Source: an uncultured Eubacteriales bacterium
GTDB taxonomy: Bacteria; Acidobacteriota; Aminicenantia; Aminicenantales; Saccharicenantaceae
Reading direction: 5' to 3'
Length of the DNA stretch: 64,000 nucleotides
Assembly (NCBI GenBank): GCA_964523615.1
Contig: CAZFZU010000003.1
Span: 5,659-69,658, forward strand
Positions 50,821-61,791 of the stretch are shown in pieces. The notes beneath the pieces are model-generated. The model ran no database searches, had not been told where the DNA came from, and worked only from the letters and a program-made list of their open reading frames with translations. Made by a program: the position numbers and the translations under genes. The first letter of the stretch is position 1. Each line of letters opens with the position of its first letter.

Positions 50821-51790
50821 AATAGAACCGGTCGATGACGGACCGCCACTCGTCCTCGGTCCGGACGGCGACCAAAGCGTTGCGGAGGTCGGTCCGGCGG
50901 GGATGCATCTTGGCGTACTGGAGGCTGAAGTGGCGGAGCATCTTGAGCCCGCGCGCCGCGCCGTAGGCCTCGGCGGCCAGGCCGTAGTGGCGATAGATGA
51001 CCTCGCGTTGCTCGGCAAGGTCCGGGACGCGGGCCGGGCGGCCGGCGGCCAGGTCGCGAGCCTGGGCGAAGAACCAGGGGTTGCCGATGGCGCCGCGCGC
51101 CGCCAGGACGCCGTCGACGCCGGTCTCGGCCAGCATGCGCAGGGCCTCGGCGGGCGAGGTCACGTCGCCCGAGCCCAGAATGGTCCGGTCGGGGAACTCG
51201 CGCTTGACGGCGGCCAGGAAGGACCAGTCGGCCCGGCCGGTGTACTTCTGCTCGACCGTGCGGGCGTGGACGGCGACGGCGGCCGCGCCGGCCTCGAAGG
51301 CGCCCCGGGCGATCGTCCAGAACGCCCCGTGGGCCGTGTCGGCGTCCCGGAAGGCCCGCCGCAGCTTGAGCGTCACCGGCCGGCCGGGGACCGCGTCGAG
51401 GACGGCCCTCACGGTGGCCAGGGCCCGTCCGGGATCGTCCATGAGCGCGCCGCCGCGCTTGTGCGAGACGACCTTGCGGACGGGGCAGGCGAAGTTGAGG
51501 TCGACGACGTCGAAGCCCATGGCGTCGAGGGAGCGGGCGGCCTGGGCCATGGTCTCGGGTTCGATGCCCATGATCTGGCCGGCCACCGGATGGTCGGCCG
51601 GGTCGAGGCGGATGAGGCGCTTGCGCAGCTTGCCCTCGAGCAGGACCTGGCGGTCGAGCATGGCCTCGGTGATGGCGTAGGGCGCGCCGAGGGAGCGGCA
51701 GACGAGACGGTAGGGGAGATCGCTGTAGCCGGCCAGGGCGCCCAGGCCGACGGGGAACTCGACGGGGACGCTGCCGATCCGCAGAGGCAT
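50819..51790 (-). CDS. tRNA-dihydrouridine synthase (Dus family, TIM barrel)
   Basis: Dus-type TIM-barrel pattern (...DLNFACPVRKVVSHKRGGALM...). 323 aa. Confidence 0.85.
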   Translation of the reverse strand: MPLRIGSVPVEFPVGLGALAGYSDLPYRLVCRSLGAPYAITEAMLDRQVLLEGKLRKRLIRLDPADHPVAGQIMGIEPETMAQAARSLDAMGFDVVDLNFACPVRKVVSHKRGGALMDDPGRALATVRAVLDAVPGRPVTLKLRRAFRDADTAHGAFWTIARGAFEAGAAAVAVHARTVEQKYTGRADWSFLAAVKREFPDRTILGSGDVTSPAEALRMLAETGVDGVLAARGAIGNPWFFAQARDLAAGRPARVPDLAEQREVIYRHYGLAAEAYGAARGLKMLRHFSLQYAKMHPRRTDLRNALVAVRTEDEWRSVIDRFY

Positions 51791-52621
51791 CTAGCGCGCG
51801 CCCGCCAGAGTCAGCTCGACGGCGAAGGAGAACCGCCGCGTCTCCAGCCGGGTCCGCGACAGGGAATCGAAGCTGTTGAGGAACTCCTGGGCCGGGGTGG
51901 CCACGCCGAAGAGACCGCCCTGTTCGGCCGGCGGCGTCACGCGGGCGGCCTTGGTGCCGAGGATCCTGCGGCCCGCGCCGCCCCATTCGAAAGCCAGGCG
52001 CAGGCTCTCGCCGGCCTTGACGCCCAAGCCGCCGGGGACGAGGTCGGGCGAGGCCAAGGGGATCTCGAACTCGTAGACGGCGCCCTCGGGCCCCCCGGAG
52101 AAGCCGAATCCCGGCGGCTCGGCGTCGCTCAGGCGGCGGAGCGGGCCGTGCACGCTGCCGCGGGCGCCGACGGCGAAGGCGAAGGTGTCCTCGCGCGGAC
52201 CGCCCTCGCGGATGGCCCGCTTGTCGTCCTCGGTCAGCAGCCGGCCCTGGCTCTCGCGCCAATAGATGTAGCTCTCCGGGGGCAGGGCCCGGACGAGGAA
52301 GAGGACGCCGCGGACGGGCTTCTTGCGCCCGGCCGGCCCGGCCAGCACGGTCAACCCGGTCGAGTCGAGGGACTCGAGGGCCTTGGCGTCCTTGACGACG
52401 GCCAGGACCCAGAGACGGTCGCCGTCGTTCTGGAATGAGAACTCGACGCCGGACCTGGCCTCGCGCACGGTCGCGGTCCCGGTCCAGTCGCCGATAGCCC
52501 CGTCGGCCTTGACCGGCGCGGCGGCCCGGCGGCTCGACACGGCCGGGACCTGGGCCGCGGCCGTCCCCGCGACGAGCAGGGCCAACCCGGCCGTCCATAG
52601 GCTTCTCAAGGATCCGTTCAT
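51791..52621 (-). CDS. secreted hypothetical protein
   Basis: Signal peptide MNGSLRSLWTAGLALLVAGTAAAQ. No family recognised. Confidence 0.45.
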   Translation of the reverse strand: MNGSLRSLWTAGLALLVAGTAAAQVPAVSSRRAAAPVKADGAIGDWTGTATVREARSGVEFSFQNDGDRLWVLAVVKDAKALESLDSTGLTVLAGPAGRKKPVRGVLFLVRALPPESYIYWRESQGRLLTEDDKRAIREGGPREDTFAFAVGARGSVHGPLRRLSDAEPPGFGFSGGPEGAVYEFEIPLASPDLVPGGLGVKAGESLRLAFEWGGAGRRILGTKAARVTPPAEQGGLFGVATPAQEFLNSFDSLSRTRLETRRFSFAVELTLAGAR

Positions 52622-52672
52622 GGGTTCGTTCCTCGCTCCGATTCTATCACATCTGTGTTATGATGCCTCCCT

Positions 52673-53893
52673 TTGGAGGGGACAATGGAACGGATCTCAA
52701 GGATCGTCGGGATCGCCGCCGCGCTGACTCTCATCGTCGCCTTTGCCGGGACCGTGAGCCGGCTCGCCGCCCGGGCGAACCAGGACGCCGTCACGTCCCG
52801 GGCCTACGCCGGGCACGAGAACGACGCCGACATGCGCGGCTTCGTCCGGCAGTACCCGGGCGTCGCCGGGACCCGCCTCGACGACTGCCAGACCTGCCAC
52901 CGCGGCGGGGTCCGCGGCACGGACACCGAACGGGAGGTCAGCCCCTGCAGCTACTGCCACCTCATCGTCTTCCCCAACGCCCGCTACAAGACGGGCGTGC
53001 CGAAGGGCTACGAGGCCACCCTCAACGCCTACGGGCTCGATTATAAAAAGGCCGGCCGGACGTTCGAGGCCTTCGCGGCCATCGACGGCCGGGACTCCGA
53101 CGGCGACGGGACGGCCAACGGCATCGAGGCCGCCGGCCTCCGCAATCCGGGGGACGCGGCCAGCCGCCCGGGGCTGCCCCAGGCCCCGGTCGTCGTCCTC
53201 GGCTGGGACGAGGTCCGCGCCCTCCCGGTCCACAGCCAGTTCCTGCTCATGAACAAGACCACCCAGCGGCGCGACGAGTACGCGACCTATACGGGCGTCC
53301 GCATCATCGACCTGCTGGCGGCGGCCAAGGTCTACCTGACCGGCGTCACCGGCGTCACCGTCTTCGCCCCCGACGGCTACAGCACGGACCACGCCCTCGA
53401 GGAGATCAACGCGCCGTTCCCCCGGGGCTACTATTACGACGCGCCTCTGGCCATCACCGATCCCGAGATGGCCCTGCTCGAGCGGCCGTCCCTGGTCCCT
53501 CCGGGGGTCAGGAACGGCCGGAGGATCCCGGGCGATCCCTGGCTCCTTCTCGCCTACGAGAGGGACGGGAAGCTCATGGACCCGGCGGCCTACGAAAAGG
53601 ACACGGGGCGGTTGACTGGGGAAGGGCCTTACCGCCTGGTCAAGCCCCAGCTGATGCTCAAGGGCGACCCGCGGCGGCCGGGCCGTCCGGACCGCTCGGT
53701 CAACGCCAAGACGTACAGCGACGGCTGGGACTTCTCCGGCCGCATCGACCACAACGCCGGGGCCGGCGCCCGCGGCGCCTGCGTCATCCGGGTCAATCCC
53801 ATGCCCGAAGGTTACGAGGAATACGACTGGAAGAACGGCTGGCCGCTCATCGGCGAGCGCAAGGTCGTCGTCTTCGGCCGCGGCGTGCGCTAA
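52673..53893 (+). CDS. putative di-haem c-type cytochrome domain protein with large C-terminal domain of unknown function
   Basis: Signal anchor. Two CxxCH haem-binding motifs (CQTCH, CSYCH) within the first 110 aa. ~300-aa C-terminal domain unassigned. The RBS is sequestered in a CCUCCC-UUU-GGAGGG hairpin immediately 5' of the ATG. Confidence 0.5.
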   Translation: MEGTMERISRIVGIAAALTLIVAFAGTVSRLAARANQDAVTSRAYAGHENDADMRGFVRQYPGVAGTRLDDCQTCHRGGVRGTDTEREVSPCSYCHLIVFPNARYKTGVPKGYEATLNAYGLDYKKAGRTFEAFAAIDGRDSDGDGTANGIEAAGLRNPGDAASRPGLPQAPVVVLGWDEVRALPVHSQFLLMNKTTQRRDEYATYTGVRIIDLLAAAKVYLTGVTGVTVFAPDGYSTDHALEEINAPFPRGYYYDAPLAITDPEMALLERPSLVPPGVRNGRRIPGDPWLLLAYERDGKLMDPAAYEKDTGRLTGEGPYRLVKPQLMLKGDPRRPGRPDRSVNAKTYSDGWDFSGRIDHNAGAGARGACVIRVNPMPEGYEEYDWKNGWPLIGERKVVVFGRGVR

Positions 53894-55116
53894 GCGGCGA
53901 GTTTGACGAGGGCCCGCAGCAGGACGTTGGCGCCCTTCTCCAGGTCGTCCCAATTCACCCGTTCCTCGGGCGCGTGGCTGACGCCGTCGGGCGAGGGCAC
54001 GAAGATCATGCCCGCGTCGCACACCCCGGCCAGGATCTGGGCGTCGTGGCCGGCCCCGCTCGTCACCCGCATCGAGGGGATCCCGAGGGCCCGGCTCTCG
54101 TCCTCGAGGAGCGTCACCAGCCGCGGCACGACCGCGACCGGCGTCGTCCGGTCGACGAGCCGCGAGTGGAACGCGAGCCCGCGCGTCGAGGCCACGTCCT
54201 CGGCCAGGGCGAAGATCTCGCGCTCGATGGCGGCCAGGTCGTCCGGCGCGGCGCTGCGGAACTCCAACGTGAAATCGGCCCGGCCGGGAATGACGCTGAA
54301 GGAGCCGGGATGGAGGGCGGCCCGGCCGACGGTCAGCATCGCGCCGTAGTGCCGGGTCGCGACGAGCTGGGTCGCCTTGAGGGCGAAGTCGGCCAGCCCC
54401 AGGAAGGCGTCGCGGCGGAGCTCGAGGGGGATCGTTCCGGCGTGCCCCGCTTCGCCGACGAAGGCGCACTGGCGGTAGTGCTTGCCGGAGATGCGCTCGA
54501 CGATGCCGATGGGGACACCCTCGTCCTCGAGCACGGGTCCCTGCTCGATGTGGAGCTCGAGGTAGGCCTCGAGGTCGGGGCGCGACCGGTGGGCGGAGAG
54601 GATCGACTCGGCCGTGAAGGGCGTCTTCTTCAGGATCTCCGCGAACGGCAGGCCGAACGAGGTCCGGCCGCCGCGGACCTCGGCCTCGTCGGCCAGTCCC
54701 ACGAAGGCCCGGCTGCCCAGGAAGTCGCCGACGAGGTTGCCCTCCTCGTCCGTGAACGAGGCGACCTCGAGGGCTCTCGTGAGCGGGACCTTCTCCTCGG
54801 CGACGCGGCGGACGGCTTCGAGGGCGGCCAGGACCCCGGCCGCGCCGTCGAACATGCCGCCGTGCGGGACGGTGTCGATGTGGGAGCCGGCCATGACCGT
54901 GCGCGGGGCGCATTCGAGCCGGCCGAACTGGTTGCCCGCGCCGTCCTGGCGGTAGCACAGGCCGGCCGCCTCGATCTTGCCCTTGAGCCAGGCCCGGGCC
55001 TCGAGGTCGGCCGGGCTGAACGAGGGCCGGCTGACGCCGCCCCGCTCGTCGCGGCCGATGCGGCCCAGGTCCTCGAGGTCGGCTTTCAGGCGGTCGATGT
55101 CGATCCGGATGTCCAT
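53890..55116 (-). CDS. M20 family Zn-dependent amidohydrolase (allantoate amidohydrolase / N-carbamoyl-L-amino-acid hydrolase type)
   Basis: MDIRIDIDRLKADLEDLGRIGRDERGGVSRPSFS...AGSHIDTVPHGGMFDGAAGV, typical of the AllC/HyuC subfamily. 408 aa. Confidence 0.8.
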   Translation of the reverse strand: MDIRIDIDRLKADLEDLGRIGRDERGGVSRPSFSPADLEARAWLKGKIEAAGLCYRQDGAGNQFGRLECAPRTVMAGSHIDTVPHGGMFDGAAGVLAALEAVRRVAEEKVPLTRALEVASFTDEEGNLVGDFLGSRAFVGLADEAEVRGGRTSFGLPFAEILKKTPFTAESILSAHRSRPDLEAYLELHIEQGPVLEDEGVPIGIVERISGKHYRQCAFVGEAGHAGTIPLELRRDAFLGLADFALKATQLVATRHYGAMLTVGRAALHPGSFSVIPGRADFTLEFRSAAPDDLAAIEREIFALAEDVASTRGLAFHSRLVDRTTPVAVVPRLVTLLEDESRALGIPSMRVTSGAGHDAQILAGVCDAGMIFVPSPDGVSHAPEERVNWDDLEKGANVLLRALVKLAA

Positions 55117-55132
55117 GTGCGCCTCCAGACGC

Positions 55133-55265
55133 GGGGACACGTACCAAGGGGACATGTCCCCGATCTCATGCCCGATCTCGGGACGATCTCGCCCCGCAGC
55201 CGCGTTCGCGGTCGAGCGCAGGCGATAGACGAATGGGGGACATGTCCCCTTGGTACGTGTCCCCC
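55133..55265. repeat. large inverted repeat built from REP units: 29-bp arms GGGGACACGTACCAAGGGGACATGTCCCC and its exact reverse complement, separated by a ~73-bp spacer
   Basis: The right arm is the exact reverse complement of the left arm. The spacer holds three GATCTC direct repeats and a CCGCG-TT-CGCGG hairpin. Intergenic between the M20 hydrolase and pdxJ. Confidence 0.75.
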
Positions 55266-55289
55266 ATTCCCCTCCCTCCATTCCCCCAG

Positions 55290-55997
55290 TCAAAGCAGCG
55301 CGAGCATGTCGATGACGGCCCGCTCGATGCCGACGATGGCCGCGCGGGCGACGATGGCGAAGCCGATGCTGAGCTCGGCGATCTCGGGCATGGCCGCGAT
55401 CGGCCCGACGTTCCGGTAATCGAGCCCGTGCCCGCCGTGGACCTCGAGCCCGAGCGACCGGCCGTGGACGGCCGCCCGGCGGACGGCCTCGAGGGCCTCG
55501 TCGCGGGCCGGGCCCTCGGGCAGTTCGGCGAACTTGCCGGTGTTGATCTCGATGAGGTCGACGCCGATCTCCCGGGCCGCCGTGATCTCCTCCACGCTCG
55601 TGTCGATGAAGATGCTGGTCCGGATTCCGGCCGCCTTGAGGGATTCGATGTGCGGGCCGAGGGCCTTGCGGTTGGCCGCGACCTTGAGCCCGCCTTCCGT
55701 CGTCAGCTCCTCGGGCCGCTCGGGGACGAGCGACACGACGTCGGGCTTGATCTCCAAGGCGACGCGCTTCATCTCCTCGGTCGCGGCCATCTCGACGTTG
55801 AGCTTGGTCTTGACGGCCTGGCGCAGGGCCCGCAGGTCCCGTTCCTTGATGTGGCGCCGGTCGGCCCGGATATGGCAGACGATGCCGCGGGCCCCGGCCT
55901 GCTCGGCCAGCAGGGCCGCCAGCACCGGCTCGGGCTCGGCGGCCCGCCGGGCCTCCCGCAGCGTGGCGAAGTGATCGATATTGACGGCCAGTCTCAT
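55290..55997 (-). CDS. pdxJ: pyridoxine 5'-phosphate synthase
   Basis: MRLAVNIDHFATLREARR...GIVCHIRADRRHI...IEINTGKFAE, hallmark PdxJ sequence. Confidence 0.9.
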   Translation of the reverse strand: MRLAVNIDHFATLREARRAAEPEPVLAALLAEQAGARGIVCHIRADRRHIKERDLRALRQAVKTKLNVEMAATEEMKRVALEIKPDVVSLVPERPEELTTEGGLKVAANRKALGPHIESLKAAGIRTSIFIDTSVEEITAAREIGVDLIEINTGKFAELPEGPARDEALEAVRRAAVHGRSLGLEVHGGHGLDYRNVGPIAAMPEIAELSIGFAIVARAAIVGIERAVIDMLALL

Positions 55998-56015
55998 GGC
56001 GCCCTCCGTGACGGA

Positions 56016-57371
56016 TCAGTGTTTTTCGCCGAGGTGCCGGCGGACGGCCTCGGCGACGAGCCGGGCGCACGAGTCGACCGTGGCCCGGTCGCGGGCCTCG
56101 ACCATGACCCGGGCCAGCGGCTCCGTGCCGGAATAGCGGAGGTCGATCCGCCCTTCGCGGCCGACGCTGGCCTTGACCACCTCGACGGCGGCCGTGATCT
56201 CCGGGTAGTCGGCGAAGTCCGGTTTCTTGCGCACCCGGACGTTGACGAGCGTCTGGGGGTATTCGACGAAGCCCTCGACCAGGCCGGCCAGGGTGCCGCC
56301 CCGCTCGGCCAGGACCTCGAGCATCCGCAGCGAGGTCAGCAGGCCGTCCCCGGTCGGCAGGTCGTCGAGGAAGATGGTGTGGCCCGACTGCTCGCCGCCG
56401 AGGTTGGCGCCGCGGGCGACCATCTCCTCGTGGACGTACTTGTCGCCGACCTTGGTCCGGACGAGGCCGATGCCGCGCGCCTCGAGGGCCCGCTCGAGGC
56501 CCATGTTGCTCATGGTCGTGGCCACGACGGAGCCCGTCCGCAGGCGCCCGGCCTCTTTCATGTGGAGGGCCTGGACGTAGAGGGTGTGGTCGCCGCCGAG
56601 CAGGCGCCCCTCGCCGTCCACCCACAGGGCCCGGTCGGCGTCCCCGTCGTAGGCGACGCCGAGGGCCGCCCCCGTCTCGCGGACGCGCGCCGCCAGCCCC
56701 TCGGGATGGAGGGAGCCGCAGCCGGCGTTGATGTTGACGCCGTCGGGCGCCGCGTTGAGGGCCTCGACCGCGAAGCCCAGCCGGCCGAGGAGGCCCGGGG
56801 CCACGGCCGAGCCGGCCCCGTTGGCGCAGTCGACGACGACCCTAAAGCCGGCCGGAGGCCGCGCGACGCGGACCCGCCCGGCCAGGTAGTCGGCGTAATC
56901 GCCGGCCAGGCGCGGATCGAAGGGGACGTCGAACTCGTGCCCGGGCAGCCGCCCCCGGCCCTCGAGGACGTCGGCCTCGATCTCGAGCTCCCACTCGTCG
57001 GGGATCTTGATCCCGAGCGGCGAAAAGACCTTGATGCCGTTGTCCCGGAAGGGATTGTGCGAGGCCGAGATGACCGCCCCGGCCGCGAAGCCGTGGGTCT
57101 TGGTCAGGTAGGAGACGGCCGAGGTCGGGATGACGCCGGCCGAGACGACCTCGCCGCCGGCCGCCCGGACGCCGCGGGCCAGGGCCCGCTCCATCCAGGG
57201 GCCCGACTCGCGGGTGTCGCGGCCGATCAGGATCCGCGCCCCCTGGCCCTTGCGCTCGAGCAGGTCCACCAGGGCCGACCCGAGGCGGGAGATGGTCGGA
57301 GGATCGAGGGGGAACGTCCCGGCGACCGCCCGCACGCCGTCCGTGCCGAAGAGCTTCTTGCGGGCGCTCAT
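56016..57371 (-). CDS. glmM: phosphoglucosamine mutase
   Basis: LFGTDGVRAVAG start and active-site serine loop SASHNPFRDNGIKVF. Confidence 0.9.
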   Translation of the reverse strand: MSARKKLFGTDGVRAVAGTFPLDPPTISRLGSALVDLLERKGQGARILIGRDTRESGPWMERALARGVRAAGGEVVSAGVIPTSAVSYLTKTHGFAAGAVISASHNPFRDNGIKVFSPLGIKIPDEWELEIEADVLEGRGRLPGHEFDVPFDPRLAGDYADYLAGRVRVARPPAGFRVVVDCANGAGSAVAPGLLGRLGFAVEALNAAPDGVNINAGCGSLHPEGLAARVRETGAALGVAYDGDADRALWVDGEGRLLGGDHTLYVQALHMKEAGRLRTGSVVATTMSNMGLERALEARGIGLVRTKVGDKYVHEEMVARGANLGGEQSGHTIFLDDLPTGDGLLTSLRMLEVLAERGGTLAGLVEGFVEYPQTLVNVRVRKKPDFADYPEITAAVEVVKASVGREGRIDLRYSGTEPLARVMVEARDRATVDSCARLVAEAVRRHLGEKH

Positions 57372-58069
57372 TTCTTCCGGACCGGGGCTTTCTTGGCGAC
57401 GGCCGGATCGGGCTCGACCAGGACCGAGATGCGGGCGCTCGTCTCCGGCGAGGCCAGCCGCAGTTCGGGCCGGGGCAGGATGATGTCGGCCGTGAAGACG
57501 GTCGAGCCGGCCAATCCGGTGACGTCGATGGGCGCCGTCGAGGCCGCTTCCTTGGCCCGGACCCGGCTCTCGGGTCCGCGGACGACGACGCTGGCCGGCT
57601 CGATCTCGGTCCGGGCGATGCGGTAGCCCGGGGCCGGCCGGCCCCGCAGCGTCGGGTGGAGGTCGAGGGTGGCCTCGGCCGTCCGCTCTAGCTTGATGGT
57701 CACCTTGCCGGGCGAGATCTTGACCACCTCGGCCCCCGGCGGCACGGCGATCATCGAGGGATTGAGCGGGTACTCCTGCTGCAGGACGGTGGCCCGGTCG
57801 AGGTCGACGCGGGCGACCAGGGCCGACGGGCCGATCTCGTCGAGGGTCCGGTCGGGGGCCCGTAGGGTGACGTCGATCGCCGTCGCCGGGCGCTCGACGA
57901 TCTCCAGGCCGGCCGGGATATTGCGGGTCTCGAGCGGGATGGTCAGCGATTTCTCGGAGAACTTCTTCTCGGCCGGGACGAGCAGGAGCCAGACGGCGAC
58001 GGCCAGCAGGAGCGAGACGAGCTTCAGCTCCCAGTCCCGGACGAACAGGTTGCGGACGGTGTTTCTCAT
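57368..58069 (-). CDS. cdaR: CdaR/YbbR-like regulator of diadenylate cyclase (YbbR domain protein)
   Basis: N-terminal TM helix plus YbbR-like repeats. 4-nt overlaps with cdaA and glmM in the conserved cdaA-cdaR-glmM order. Confidence 0.7.
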   Translation of the reverse strand: MRNTVRNLFVRDWELKLVSLLLAVAVWLLLVPAEKKFSEKSLTIPLETRNIPAGLEIVERPATAIDVTLRAPDRTLDEIGPSALVARVDLDRATVLQQEYPLNPSMIAVPPGAEVVKISPGKVTIKLERTAEATLDLHPTLRGRPAPGYRIARTEIEPASVVVRGPESRVRAKEAASTAPIDVTGLAGSTVFTADIILPRPELRLASPETSARISVLVEPDPAVAKKAPVRKK

Positions 58070-58839
58070 CGGTCCTTCAGGTAGCCGAGGAGGCGCTTTT
58101 CCATGGCCTCCTTGTCGGCGAAGCGCTCCAACTGGCCCTTGATGGCCAGGGACACGGTCCCGGTCTCCTCGGAGATGACGATGACGGGCGCGTCCGTCTC
58201 CTCGGACAGGCCGATGGCGGCCAGGTGGCGGGTCCGCGTCTGGAAGGGGCTGCGCAGGCGGTGGGCGGCCGGCAGGGGCAGCAGACAGGCCGCCGCGACG
58301 ATGCGGTCGCCCTTGACGACGACGGCGCCGTCGTGGAGCGGCGAGTGGGGGTAGAAGATGGACACGAGGAGGTTCTTGCTCAGCACGGCGTCGACCTCGG
58401 CGCCGCGGTCGGCGTAGGTCGACAGCGAGATCTCCTTCTCGATGGCGATCAGGGCGCCGATCTTCTTCTGCGACAGGAAGTCGATAGCCTGGAAGAGGTC
58501 GTCGATCTTCTCCTGGAACGAGCGCAGGGCCAGGGGCTTGCGGAACGTCCGCGAGCCGATCTCGGTCAGGAAGCGGCGGATCTCGGCCTGGAACAGGACG
58601 ATGATGGCGATGATGACGTAGTTGATGAACGAGCGGATGATGCGGTTGGAGACGCCGAGATGGCCCCAGACCGTCAGGAGGTAGAGGGCGCCGATGAGGG
58701 CCAGCCCGGCGGCTGCCTGATAGGCTTTCGTGTCCCGAATGAGGACGACGATGTAATAGATCATGAAGGCGATGAGGAGGATGTCGACGACGTCGAGGAC
58801 GGTGATCTGGCGGACGACGGCCCAGGCCTCAGCGAACAT
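58066..58839 (-). CDS. cdaA: diadenylate cyclase CdaA (DisA_N/DAC domain, membrane-anchored)
   Basis: Three N-terminal TM helices. DAC-domain motifs (...GALIAIEKEISL...PLHDGAVVVKGDRIVAAACLLPL...). Confidence 0.85.
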   Translation of the reverse strand: MFAEAWAVVRQITVLDVVDILLIAFMIYYIVVLIRDTKAYQAAAGLALIGALYLLTVWGHLGVSNRIIRSFINYVIIAIIVLFQAEIRRFLTEIGSRTFRKPLALRSFQEKIDDLFQAIDFLSQKKIGALIAIEKEISLSTYADRGAEVDAVLSKNLLVSIFYPHSPLHDGAVVVKGDRIVAAACLLPLPAAHRLRSPFQTRTRHLAAIGLSEETDAPVIVISEETGTVSLAIKGQLERFADKEAMEKRLLGYLKDR

Positions 58840-59728
58840 CGCCGGGCCTCCCTTCGGCGGCCGCCGGGCCGGACGGGGCCTGGCCGAGGACGGCCTCGGC
58901 GGCGCGGACGGCCCTGGCCACGGGCCCGACGTCGTGGACGCGCAGGATGTGGGCGCCGCGCTCGACGGCCAGGACGGCGGCGGCGATGGTCCCCTCGAGG
59001 CGCTCCTCGGGGGGGAGGCCGCCCAGGACGCGGCCGAGGAAGGCCTTGCGCGAGAAGCCCAGGAGCAGGGGCCGGCCGAGGGCGTGGAAGTCGGCCGCGC
59101 GGCGCAGGATCTCGAGGTTGTGATCGACGGTCTTGCCGAAGCCGATGCCGGGATCGACGGCCAGGCGCTCGCGGGGGACGCCGGCCGCCTCGGCGACGCG
59201 GAGGCGGTCGTCGAGGAAAGCGGCGATCTCGCCGACGAGGTCGTCGTAGCGGGGGTCGTCCTGCATCGTCGCCGGCGTGCCCTTCATGTGCATGAGGACG
59301 GCGGCCGCGCCGGAGCGGGCCACGACGCCGGCCATGGCCGGGTCGAAGCGGAAGGCGCTGATGTCGTTGACGATGTCGGCCCCGGCGTCCAGGGCGGCCC
59401 GGGCCACGGCGGCTTTGGTCGTGTCGACGGAGATGAGGGCCCGGCTCTCCCGGCGCAGTCCGGCGATGACCGGGACGACGCGGGCGCTCTCCTCGGCCTC
59501 GGGCACGGGCCGGGAGCCGGGGCGGGTGCTCTCGCCACCGACGTCGACGATATCGGCGCCTTCGGCGACGAGCGCGAGTCCGTGGGCGACGGCCCGGGCG
59601 GGGTCGGCGTACCGGCCGCCGTCCGCGAACGAATCGGGGGTGACGTTGACGATGCCCATGAGCCAGGTCCGGTCCCCGAGCTCGAGGCGGCGGCCCCCGA
59701 TGTCCAGGCGGCGCGTCTCTCGGCTCAT
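58829..59728 (-). CDS. folP: dihydropteroate synthase
   Basis: MGIVNVTPDSFADGGRY...IVDVGGESTRPGS, canonical FolP motifs. Start MSRETRRL. Confidence 0.85.
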   Translation of the reverse strand: MSRETRRLDIGGRRLELGDRTWLMGIVNVTPDSFADGGRYADPARAVAHGLALVAEGADIVDVGGESTRPGSRPVPEAEESARVVPVIAGLRRESRALISVDTTKAAVARAALDAGADIVNDISAFRFDPAMAGVVARSGAAAVLMHMKGTPATMQDDPRYDDLVGEIAAFLDDRLRVAEAAGVPRERLAVDPGIGFGKTVDHNLEILRRAADFHALGRPLLLGFSRKAFLGRVLGGLPPEERLEGTIAAAVLAVERGAHILRVHDVGPVARAVRAAEAVLGQAPSGPAAAEGRPGDVR

Positions 59729-59748
59729 GGTCCCGGTCCTCCTCCGGC

Positions 59749-61650
<1,902 letters not shown>

Positions 61651-61694
61651 GATTCGGCTTGCCGCGGTAGGGGACGGGTGGCTTGGGGTAGCTT

Positions 61695-61787
61695 GGGGAC
61701 ATGTACCGCTTCGGTACGTGTCCCCGGTCAGACGGGGACATGTACCCTTGGGTCAGATGGGGACATGTACCTCAGGTACGTGTCCCC
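61695..61787. repeat. REP cluster at the 3' side of the RAYT gene: two full hairpin REPs (GGGGACATGTACC-loop-GGTACGTGTCCCC) and one half-site
   Basis: 61695-61725 and 61759-61787 are full 13-bp-stem palindromes. 61734-61747 is a lone left arm. Confidence 0.8.
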
Positions 61788-61791
61788 TTCT

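Noticed and set aside
52673-53893. Sulfite-oxidase-like molybdopterin domain in the C-terminus of the di-haem cytochrome protein
   Set aside because: Only a vague resemblance (YTGVRIIDLL) to the Moco-binding-domain signature. No CxGNxR-type Mo-ligand cysteine motif was found, so I do not claim it.
53890-56625. 911-aa ORF 53890..56625 and 903-aa ORF 58829..61540
   Set aside because: These are run-on reading frames. Only the 3' parts (M20 hydrolase 53890..55116; folP 58829..59728) are real. Upstream portions overlap pdxJ/glmM and ftsH, which are encoded in other frames with clear motifs.
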